A stretch of DNA of 64,000 nucleotides from Antedon mediterranea. Its lineage: Eukaryota; Animalia; Echinodermata. This document shows positions 1 through 9,959 of this stretch, in pieces. Positions within the stretch are counted from its first letter, which is position 1; each line of letters starts with the position of its first letter. Location of the stretch: contig NC_092673.1 in assembly GCF_964355755.1 (NCBI RefSeq), forward strand, positions 31,059,648 through 31,123,647, written 5' to 3'. A model generated the notes under the pieces. It did not search any database, was not told the DNA's origin, and saw nothing but the letters and a program-made list of their open reading frames with translations. The position numbers were made by a program, and so were the translations under genes.

Positions 1-63
1 CATCATGTCCATATATGGGCACAACACATTTGTCACATAAAGTTTGATGGTGTAAACAGAGCT
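1..63. mobile_element. MITE family A (Harbinger-like), right half cut by window edge
   Basis: Ends in AAGTTTGATGGTGTAAACAGAGCT-TTA, matching the family TIR AGCTCTGTCTACACTATCAAACT. Confidence 0.7.
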
Positions 64-120
64 TTATAAGATTGGTTTCATTGACAGTTAATTTTAAAAT
101 ATATTTTTACTATTTTTCAG

Positions 121-3100
121 GGAAGCATACAAGCAATTTCTAAAAGAGATGATTATTAAACCGGGATGTGCGGGAGAAAGTAATGCATCTTCTGATCATG
201 TAAGTATAACATGTTTAAATCTAATATTTACCTCAACTCCAGAATAAAAGTAAGATAAAAAGATCTTGTAGACAAAGCAATTAAAATACTTACAAATATA
301 TTGTCTTAATGATAACTTCAGTTGTTGTCTACTGCCCTCTATCATTATGTACTTTTTGTCAGTTTGTGTAGAACCATTAAGGGGACACCTTTGAGACCCC
401 AAGGGTCCCCTTATGGGTGTCCGCCTCTGTCCTTGTTCGTTTCACTTGAAAGGGTTCCTACAATAGTGTTGTCCTGTGTATATAGTGTACCCCCATGAAT
501 ATAGTGTACCCCCATGAATATAGTGTATCCCCATGAATATAGTGTACCCCCATGAATATAGTGTACCCCCATGAATATAGTGTACCCCCATGAATATAGT
601 GTACCCCCATGAATATAGTGTATCCCCATGAATATAGTGTACCCCCATGAATATAGTGTACCCCCATGAATATAGTGTACCCCCATGAATATAGTGTACC
701 CCCATGAATATAGTGTACCCCCATGAATATAGTGTACCCCCATGAATATAGTGTACCCCCATGAATATAGTGTACCCCCATGAATATAGTGTACCCCCAT
801 GAATATAGTGTACCCCCATGAATATAGTGTACACCCATGAATATAGTGTACACCCATGAATATAGTGTACACCCATGAATATAGTGTACACCCATGAATA
901 TAGTGTACCCCCATGAATATAGTGTACCCCCATGAATATAGTGTACCCCCATGAATATAGTGTACCCCCATGAATATAGTGTACCCCCATGAATATAGTG
1001 TACCCCCATGAATATAGTGTACCCCCATGAATATAGTGTACCCCCATGAATATAGTGTATATATGTATAATGGTGTCCCTTGAATAAGGGTTTTCCCTGA
1101 ATTGGATTCCAAGAAAAAGTGAGTTCTACTGTATTAAACTTATTTAGTATTGTTTATTTACCTCCCTCTAATCTTGTTCAATACTGACTCCTGTATTTAA
1201 TTTCTTTTTTAGCCTTTAAATCCAAATCCACAAAGTGAGTGGTCTCAGTACTTTAAAGACAATGAAGTATTATTACAAATAGACAAAGATACTAGGTAAG
1301 TTATAATAATATATTTATTTCCTCCAAAATATACAAAATAGGGAAGACAAAATTTTACAGACGCCCTGTTTTTTTGTTTTAATAGTGTCGGGTGGGTGGT
1401 GTGGACACCATAAAAGGTTCTATGGAAAAACTGTTTACTGAAATACTAGAAAGATTTTTTGTTATAAACAATGAAAACATAGAGCACTTCTGTCTTTTTT
1501 TATACTAAACAGACGGTTATTACCAGACTTAGGGTTCTTCCAACGAGCAACAAAATTCCCTTTCAAAGACGTTGTTGATTCATCGTCGGATATTACCCTG
1601 CGAAAGAGAGTGGAGCAGTCCATTATCAAAGCAGAGGATGTAGCTAAAAATAGATTAGGAATTACAAATGTAAGTATTATATTGTTTATAATGTTACCAA
1701 TTTTTGTGAAATTAAATGTAAAAGTCTCATTTCAAAGCTATAAATGTAGAAAAACGTACTCATATATCTTATGTATGTTTTAGTAATTTGCTCTTGAATA
1801 AAGTAAGTCAACAAGAAAAATACTGACACACAAAACCAAACAATCATGCCTCATTTTGTTTCTTCCGATCTGGTCTACAATTATTTTCTAAAAACCTATC
1901 TTCCTCCAACTTTTTTTTAAAGGAAGTTCAACTATATTGTGTACATGACTTTACCTTAAAACTAGTTTGTATTGTTTTATTAAGCTTGGTTCCCACTAGA
2001 ACGTAACGCAAGGACGTAAACGCAACGCAAGCGTGTTGACCAATCACAAGCAAAGTTATAGACAGTTAACAATCACAAGTGAATACGCCATCGCTTGTGA
2101 TTGGTCAATTCACTTGCGTTGCGTTACGTCCTTGCGTTGCGTCGCTAGTGGGAACCACGCTTTAAGTTGATCAAAACTGTGGATAATTTATTACTATAGA
2201 ATATTGGCTAGTCCAGAGTTTTAAAAAACACCTCTGAATATAAATATTTAGCAAAATGTTTAAATACATTCCAACAGTTATTCAATTTATTGCAATAACT
2301 AAGATTATTCATTTTGTTAGGTTAAAGCAAAAACTAAGTTACCAACATATGAGTTTGGATATAATCCATTGGAAGATGGCCAAGAGGCCCATTGGGAAGT
2401 TGTCGAGAGAATTCTGTTTATCTATGCAAAACTGAACCCAGGACAAGGATACGTACAAGGGATGAATGAGATAATTGGACCTATCTACTACATCTTTGCC
2501 ACAGATCCTGATGTGCAATGGGAAGGTAGGTGTGGTTATTGTCTATAAATAGAATATTTACACCAATTTTGTACTGATTAATTGTTTGAGTCCGTACGGA
2601 ATTTACAATTTACACTATGGTAATGTGTGGTGTAAATTTTGAGATAAACCAGCTGTTTAAAAAAAAACCACCTCCTGAGGTGGATTGTTCAATTAGACCT
2701 TAAACTGCAAGCTGATTAACCACAAGATATAGAGCAATTTGACCATACTAGTGTAAAAAGATGCATGAAATTTGAATTTTTTTTAATGTGTAAATATTTT
2801 GTTCATCTGGTTAGTCCTAAGAGTAATTTGGTTTCACATTTAATTGAGTTTAAAGTCCGAACACAGCCTCTGTCAATATATTTAGGTTCAATATGTTTTT
2901 GAGACAAAATAAAGTACAAACAAACTGTATTTTTTTTTTTTATAATTAATAATAATTTTTTTTAAACAAATGTTGTCCCATTTATAGCGTTTGGCCATAT
3001 TGTTAAAATATATTTTTCTTCTTCATTTCACAGGAAAGTGTCTCATAAATAGGGGTTTTGGCCATAGTGTTAAAACATGTATAAATTCTCCTTCTTCTTC

Positions 3101-4565
3101 TGTGTCTATTCGATAGGATTCGATATTAGATATTTTTCATCGAAGGGGTTCTATTGTTGCCCATTTTTTGTTGTTGAATCAGTATATTGTTTTATATTGC
3201 TTTTTAGAACATGCTGAAGCAGATACGTTTTTCTGTTTCACAAATTTGATGTCGGAGATCCGCGACACATTTATCAAAACTTTAGATCATACGTCAGTCG
3301 GCATCAATGCAAAGATGAAGTTCGTTATGACGCAGTTAAAGAAGTTTGATCTTGCACTATGGTTACGACTCAATGGCCAGAATCTTCAGGCCGAGTTCTT
3401 TCTTTTCAGGTGGCTGACGTTATTGCTTTCCCAAGAGTTCCCACTGCCAGGTATTTCATATTTTGATGTGCATATTGTTGTTTATTATTAGATTAGCTAT
3501 TGCCAGACTTTCTGGCTATTTGTTGCAAGCACTGTAGATTGTATATTGTGTATGACTAGGATTTAAAACACCCCCTTATTGAAGTCTTAGAAGTAGGACT
3601 GTTGCTATATGAATCATATGAATCTTTGTCTACCCTATCAAAATGTGATCTGCCCATGCTAGTGATATGACATCATCATGTCCATATATGGGCATATCAC
3701 ATTTTTTGTCACATAAAGTTGATTTTGTAGGCAGAGTTTAAGTTTAATTTATTTTTCCCTCTCAAGCCTGTAAGACCATTTAATTTACTAGTTTAACTAG
3801 GACTTCTGACTGGCCTTAAATCTCTCATATCTTCTAGGATTTATCCAATTCAAAAATAATTAATTAATATCAATTTTTTTTATTTATATAATACTTAACC
3901 TATTCCAATATTCTATTAATTTTGTTTTTTTTTTTTTTCATTTTAGATTTAATTCGAATTTGGGACTCGCTATTTGCTGACAATTCACGTTTTGATTTTT
4001 TAGAAAGTGTTTGTTGTGCAATGATAATGTAAGTTTACAAACTTTAAATGTTTTGTTATTTTTTGTAAATTTTGTAAAGCTTCTCTCTACACTATCAAAC
4101 TGTGTGACAAAAAAATGTGATGATCATTTCAACCATATTTTGGTATATCACTACCATATTTTGGGTGCATCACATTTTTTGTCAAACTAGTTTGATAGTG
4201 TAGACAGAGCTTAACGCAGTGTTCTCTTCAATATGGTCGTCATCAAACCAACAAAATAAAATTCACAAATATAGTTATTTTAAATTTTTTTTAGAATTAT
4301 TAAAGATGAATTATTAGAAGGTGACTTTTCAGCAAATATGAAACTCTTACAGGTCAGTGTTCAATATTATTTTAATCAAATATCTTGTATTTCAAACACT
4401 TTTTTTTTACCGATTCTTTAAAAAAAAAATATTTTAAAGTTTTCTGCCATCATATTTTGAAATTTCACTATTAATAAGTTGCTTTCTTTACAGCACTATC
4501 CTAGCATTGATGTGAATATTGTCCTCTCAAAAGCATTCTCTCTTCGTGAATCTCAGCAAAAGTAG
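121..4565 (+). CDS. TBC1D13: TBC1 domain family member 13 (Rab-GAP), 5'-partial; 8 coding exons in window
   Basis: GT-AG exons join in frame: 121-199, 1213-1295, 1513-1669, 2321-2525, 3208-3450, 3947-4028, 4295-4352, 4494-4565 (TAG). The translation has DHPLNPNP..W..YFKDNEVLLQIDKDTRR (IxxDxxR arginine finger), HWEVVERILFIYAKLNPGQGYVQGMNE (YxQ glutamine finger), HAEADTFFCFTNLMSEIRD, FRWLTLLLSQEF and IRIWDSLFAD, matching the TBC1D13 sequence as I recall it. Confidence 0.95.
366..1133. mobile_element. Degenerate Tc1/mariner-like MITE (GTAGAAC...GTTCTACTGTA) containing a minisatellite
   Basis: Terminal GTAGAAC / GTTCTACTGTA and subterminal AGGGGACACC / GGTGTCCCTT motifs, also seen at 5299-5387 and 32370-32670. 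Confidence 0.5.
481..1059. repeat. 19-bp minisatellite (TATAGTGTACCCCCATGAA)n, ~30 copies
   Basis: Directly visible near-identical units. Explains the three overlapping repetitive minus-strand ORFs. Confidence 0.97.
1983..2161 (+). mobile_element. MITE family B (Harbinger-like, TTA TSD)
   Basis: TIR AGCTTGGTTCCCACTAG / CTAGTGGGAACCACGCT with TTA on both sides and a near-palindromic body. Near-identical copies at 56613 and 61787. Confidence 0.9.
3622..3737. mobile_element. MITE family A, degenerate
   Basis: TTTGTCTACCCTATCAAA...TGTAGGCAGAGT with the family core GTGATATGACATCATCATGTCCATATATGGGCA. Confidence 0.65.
4078..4211. mobile_element. MITE family A
   Basis: AGCTTCTCTACACTATCAAACT...AGTTTGATAGTGTAGACAGAGCT with TAA flanks. 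Confidence 0.85.
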
Positions 4566-4644
4566 AAAACAAAACGGGTATCCTTAACTACTGTACTGTT
4601 AATGTTCTTCCACCTTCAACAAATAATAGTTATGTTGATAATAT

Positions 4645-4871
4645 AGATATATTGTCCCCCTGAAAACATATTTTTAAATATATGACATTTTAATGTTGCA
4701 TAATGGTTATTCACTTTGACCAAGTATTGAATCAAAGAAAAAAAAATAGTTAACTGAAAAATTGTGATTTAAAGCAAAAAATAGTCAATTTTTTTTTAAG
4801 TGAATATCTTTTTTAAAACAGCAAAATTTTATTAAAATTCATTTTTCATGGTTTTGGGGGACAATACATCT
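4645..4871. mobile_element. MITE family C (Kolobok-like, TTAA), just 3' of the TBC1D13 stop
   Basis: TIR AGATATATTGTCCCC / GGGGACAATACATCT followed by TTAA. The body matches the inverted copy at 50670-50998. Confidence 0.75.
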
Positions 4872-5084
4872 TTAATAATGATAATGTCCAGTTATGTCAA
4901 TAATTAGTTATGTTTTGTATTAAGTGTGCTTGCTGTTTTAACCCTGATATGTAGTTGGACATTTGTATGCGTTTTGAGTTTCTATATATTTGTTGCATTA
5001 TCCTACTATCGGGCTTTGAACAACTTGAAAAATATAAAGACCTATTATATTTGTTGGTCAAAAAATTCAAATGTATTACCTGCC

Positions 5085-5235
5085 ATTATTATTACCATAT
5101 TTTATTATTATTATTATTACCAAATATTATTATTATTATTACCATATTTTATTATTATTATTACCAAATATTATTATTATTATTACCATATATTATTATT
5201 ATTAATATTATTATTGTTGTTGTTATTATTATTAA
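5085..5235. repeat. Imperfect (ATT)n / ATTACCA microsatellite
   Basis: Visible ATT runs; source of the poly-Tyr/Leu/Ile ORFs at 4926-5290. Confidence 0.9.
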
Positions 5236-5343
5236 TACAAGTCTTTCAGTATATACTACGTTACTAAACATTACCTTAAAATGTTATTAAAATACTATAA
5301 AGTAGAACGCCTTTTAAGAGGACACCGTCAAGGCCTAACAAAC

Positions 5344-5800
5344 TGTCCCTTTAATAGGGGTGTCCCTTGAAAGTGGGGTTGACTGTAGTGTTAACAAATA
5401 TATTTTGCCTCATTCAGTTCACAAGAAAGTGTCCCTTTAATAGGGGTGTCCCTTGAAAGTGGGGTTGACTGTAGTGTTAACAAATATATTTTGCCTCATT
5501 CAGTTCACAAGAAAGTGTCCCTTTAATAGGGGTGTCCCTTGAAAGTGGGGTTGACTGTATTGTTAACAAATATATTTTGCCTCATTCAGTTCACAAGAAA
5601 GTGTCCCTTTAATAGGGGTGTCCCTTGAAAGTGGGGTTGACTGTAGTGTTAACAAATATATTTTGCCTCATTCAGTTCACAAGAAAGTGTCCCTTTAATA
5701 GGGGTGTCCCTTGAAAGTGGGGTTGACTGTAGTGTTAACAAATATATTTTGCTTCATTCAGTTAACAAGAAAGTGTCTCTTTTATAGGGGCGACTCCTGA
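5344..5800. repeat. 86-bp tandem repeat, 5 copies plus a partial
   Basis: TGTCC/TGTCT unit starts at 5344, 5430, 5516, 5602, 5688 and 5774. Confidence 0.95.
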
Positions 5801-6656
5801 ACTTTTTTTTTTTTTCTTAAATTTGTTTTTTTCAATTATGAGAAATTTCCAAAAAAACAAAATCATGTTATTGGGTTTTTTTTTAATCAACTTATGAAAT
5901 TTATGGCGTTTTGCATAAAAAAATTAATAGCATGATATTGTACTATACTCATTAATACTTGATAAAAAAAACGTCTATTTTAATAGTACTGTGTAAATAA
6001 AATATATATGATTTTTTAAGTGACTTCCTATATTATAAATGTTTACAAATATAAAGTTAATATTTTAACAATATCTACCTTCGTTTGAATATGCCATATA
6101 GAAAATGTGCATTTCCAACTATTAGAACATTGTATTATTCTTATTTTTAGTATTACGACTACATTTTTGTGCCAACTTATTTTTAGCCAATCAACTCATT
6201 TCGGCATAAAATTTAATTCAGGCAGAGTTAAAAAAGAACGTTACAATTTTCGCGACGTTAGATAAAAGTATTAAAGTTCCCTTGCCTCATATTATGGATA
6301 TTGTTATTAAGCGGGTTACCCAATGGATATTTGTATTTTGGGGTATTGGATTTAAAGTCGTTGATTGACGGAGAAATACAATTCAAATCAGGTCATATGC
6401 TTTCTCCGAGGAGTTGTTCTAATCTGATGTAAAGCATGTCTGTAATGGCATGAGGTATTGATTCATAATATAGAATGCACACCTCACGCCCCTCCCATCG
6501 TGGGGCGTGGTCAGCAGTACACGCCCCCTTTTTAAAACCATTTGATTCGATGCTTTTTTCGACGCAGTTTTAAATGACTCTTCTTGTAATAACTCAGGTA
6601 TATTCCATTTAAGAAAGAATCTTGGGAGAAAAAGACTAATACATAATATATAATAC

Positions 6657-6702
6657 TGATTGCACTGATGAAGGGCTAGTGTTGCCCGAAAGCTCTACTA
6701 AC
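6657..6702 (+). ncRNA. Minimal hammerhead ribozyme motif, degenerate stem I
   Basis: CTGATGA-A-GGGC(tagtgtt)GCCC-GAAA-GCTC: intact core, stem II and a palindromic AGCT stem III, but stem I pairs poorly. Confidence 0.55.
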
Positions 6703-7429
6703 TTTTCTGGCTGTTTTACTTCGTCGTTTTGATTTAGCTTTTCGCTTTTTTTTTGTGTCTCTATTGAGATCCCAGTTACTGATACCCACAGCATTGTCAT
6801 TTGCCTTTGGATTTATAATACAATATTGTTTGTTTTTTTAAACGTGCTATGAATTAAATTTAATAATGTGTATTCAATTTTACCCCGACATAGTTAAAAA
6901 CAAAAGTAGAGAATATCTATAGACGTAAAACTTAATTATACGTCCCTGGAATGCGTGTGTAAATTGTTAATAACATGTATAGTTAAAGTTAACAATGTTA
7001 TATGTGGACGTGCACAAAGCGCCTCCAATGTTTTACTTTTTCCGGACATGTTTTAAATGATGATGATTACAGATATCTTATTTTTATACCGTAAAATGTA
7101 TTAAAACATAATGAATTCACAGTTGATATTTGAAAATGAATTAAAAGAAAGGAAGAAAATGTTACGAATAAATATAGTTTTATTACGTTCTTGTTGCGAG
7201 ATGATAGGCGATTGTTAAGAGTGGTCCGAATTATTTTTTGTTTGAAACGTTTATGATAACATGTTTTATAAGGACAAACAAACGAAATATGTTATTGTTA
7301 AAATAAAAGTGCAAATTAAAAATGTGGGATTTGAAGAGCAACAAATCAGTAGAGAAACAACGCTTTCGTTTGTTAATACCTTTTGTAGGCCAAATTCTAA
7401 GGCCTATATTGAAAGTGTGTTTAAACAAG

Positions 7430-7510
7430 GCACAAGTTCTACAAATACAAACCACAGTAAACGCCTTTAAAAATAAACTTGATAAATTCATTGAAAGAAA
7501 ATACAACAAA
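7430..7510 (+). mobile_element. CR1/L2-type LINE ORF2 C-terminal remnant
   Basis: Translation TTVNAFKNKLDKF resembles the conserved FK..LD end of CR1-group ORF2. Confidence 0.4.
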
Positions 7511-8917
7511 TTTACTTTTATGGGATAAAGTGTATTGCAGAAGAATTTAAATCAAGGAAACGAATGAAAAAAAAAACCCCCAAAAAACCAAAAAAAACAT
7601 GCAGTGATGACTTGATGAAATTGGGAGGGCATGACATGTACCATACAGAAATGTATGGTCTACTTACGAGCCCAACAAGACAGGTGATTACAGGTGAATA
7701 ATAAAGGAATAATATGCAGTAGGGGTTAGAAGCCGAAACATACACAATGCACTGGTAAGAATGACGTACCGGTGTTGTAGTTCCACATATGACAATATGT
7801 TCATTATCATAGGCAATATCCATAATACGGCATCTCATGTGTGACCCATGTGATGCCTGTAACATGGACGGTTAAAGCAGGGAAGAGTGAAGTACCCTTT
7901 TCTGGTTAGGCTCTGTGATGCAAACGTGAAATAATACTATGTATACGATTTGTATGGCAAGTCTGATCGGAATATCGCAATGAATGTCAAATGGATTAAT
8001 TCTTCCACGTCATCTTTTAATATTCGAATTAAATTAAAAAGACAGCTTAGGTCACTACTGTACCGTAGATAGAAAGATCAAGTTGATATACTCTTTAAAA
8101 TGCGACGTGAATAAGTACCCCTTTTGTCTTCAGAACAACCCTCTTTTGTATAGTGTTAAAAATCGCTTAATCCAAAGTCACCACTATCATCGACCGTTTA
8201 AACTATTTAAAAATCTTTTAAAAGTTAACATGTCAATTAAGATTTAGCTTTGCCTTCACTTCTGTTATCGAATCGTTTAGGTAGAAAAGATTTAAGATAG
8301 AAAAAAGTCCATCGATCGTCTTTGTCCGATTACAGGGATTATCCCTTTTTGTATGTTTACTGTTATTTCAGGATACCACGACAGACAAATAAAAGTGTCT
8401 TCTTGAAATCATCGGTAGTATCATCATATAGCCGCGAGTTACTTATCAAATCCGACGATTTCGCTTTTCCAGTAAACTTTTTTTGTAAACGAGTATCATT
8501 CAATTCAAAGAACAACAATGGCAAGAGATAGTAAAAGAAAATTGACGAAGGCAGATCCCAAAAAGATTTGAATCTTGTCACGGGATTTCTTTACAAATTT
8601 AGTTAAAAAAATAGAACATTTAGAAACGAATAAATATAAGTAAAGTTAATAAATAAATTTAACAAAAAAAAAAAATTAATATAATACCAGTAGATAAAAG
8701 TTTGGAAAAAAAGTAAAAAATGATGAACAGAGAAAAGTACAGCTGCAGGGCATAGAACGAATATGAAGACAAAATGAATAATAAAATCTAGCAAGTCACG
8801 GAACATGAAACAACGACCATATCAAACAGATCGATTTAGTAATGAGACAACAATCATTTCGGATGAGCTCTCTTGATAGAGATTAATTCACTTAATTTAT
8901 CCTTTTATACTACTACT

Positions 8918-9021
8918 GTTGATATAAAGTTTGTGGTACACCATGTATATTAGTTCTGAAAAGAACTGTTGAGTTTCTCGACGTTTCGATCAATTTGCTT
9001 TGATCGTCCTCATGAGTGAGG
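8918..9021 (-). mobile_element. ~104-bp hammerhead-bearing mini-element, copy 2 (core mutated)
   Basis: Reverse complement nearly identical to 12829-12931. Direct repeat ACTACTACT at 8909-8917 and 9022-9030. The core reads ATGAGGA instead of CTGAGGA. Confidence 0.8.
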
Positions 9022-9594
9022 ACTACTACTACAGTACTACAGTACTATATTTTTCTTAATGAATTATACAATTAATTAAAACATATTGACTAAAACTAAA
9101 CGGGTGTCATTTCTGATGAGCTATCTTGATACAGATTAATTTACTTAATTTACTGCTTACATAACTACTTATATTTTTCTTAATGAATTATAGAATTAAT
9201 TAAAACCAGTCTCTTCTCTGATTAAAACATAATAATTTACAGTTAGTATTTAAAATATGCATTAATATTATTTTTTTTAAATGTAATTGATGATGGCTAT
9301 GGTAATATTTTTTTATAAACTGATAAATACTTTTAGAATAAAGTGTCCAAAATAATATACACGGTGTACTAACTTTTAATTACTTTATTAATTTATATAA
9401 CTGCTAAATACTTCAGAACAAAATCTCAAAAAGAACATGGAGTTTACTCCATGAAAAGACTTGACAAGCAGTTGCGAGTTATTGTAAACATGTCATTAGA
9501 CGAAGCGTGTACGATTAAAATCTTTTCCGTTTTTTTGACATCTACATTTTGAAATATTTACATAGCCGTGGAAAACCTACCATTTTGATAAGCC

Positions 9595-9601
9595 TATAAA
9601 A
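9595..9601 (+). promoter_or_regulatory. Candidate TATA box of the Awh/Lhx6/8 gene
   Basis: TATAAAA about 30 nt upstream of an Inr-like GCATTC and ~360 nt upstream of the ATG. Confidence 0.35.
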
Positions 9602-9959
9602 CGCGGGTATTCAACAAGCAGATTGCATTCATAAAAGGTTTAAAGAAACACCCATGGACTCGTAAGTAAGTGTGAACTGTCTCTATGAAACAAAAGCATT
9701 GAGACAGACTACAAACCCGTACAAAAGCTTTCCACAAATAAGAACAATTGAGCATTTCATTCTTACGTCATTTTGATTGACAGGCAATGCCATTTAAAAT
9801 AATAAGACATAAGACGCCGTGAAGGCGTGGCTTCGTTCACAGAGTTTCCTATTTGTCGATGTGAACACATGATAATTCCATTGGTTAAACGCTTCAAAAG
9901 TGTCCCTGGCGGACACGGACGAGAAATCCGTGTGTAGATCGTACACAAAACAAACTTAT

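Noticed and set aside
411-1112. Three long repetitive minus-strand ORFs / CRISPR-like array
   Set aside because: Artefact of a 19-bp minisatellite with no stop on that strand. There are no unique spacers and no cas genes, and it lies in a eukaryotic intron.
4926-5290. Hydrophobic poly-Leu/Ile/Tyr ORFs
   Set aside because: Translations of an (ATT)n microsatellite.
5344-5800. Repeat-spacer (CRISPR-like) pattern
   Set aside because: The apparent spacers are identical; it is a plain 86-bp tandem repeat.
8322-8806. Short ORFs and a good acceptor (TTTCAG at ~8371)
   Set aside because: No recognisable protein motif and no phase-compatible partner exon; at most a UTR exon.
9113-9140. CTGATGAG as another hammerhead core
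   Set aside because: No stem II or GAAA follows, and the paralogous unit has CGGATGAG.
9900-9959. ORF-track start of the Awh first exon
   Set aside because: Position 9900 is GTG, not ATG; the first in-frame ATG is at 9960.
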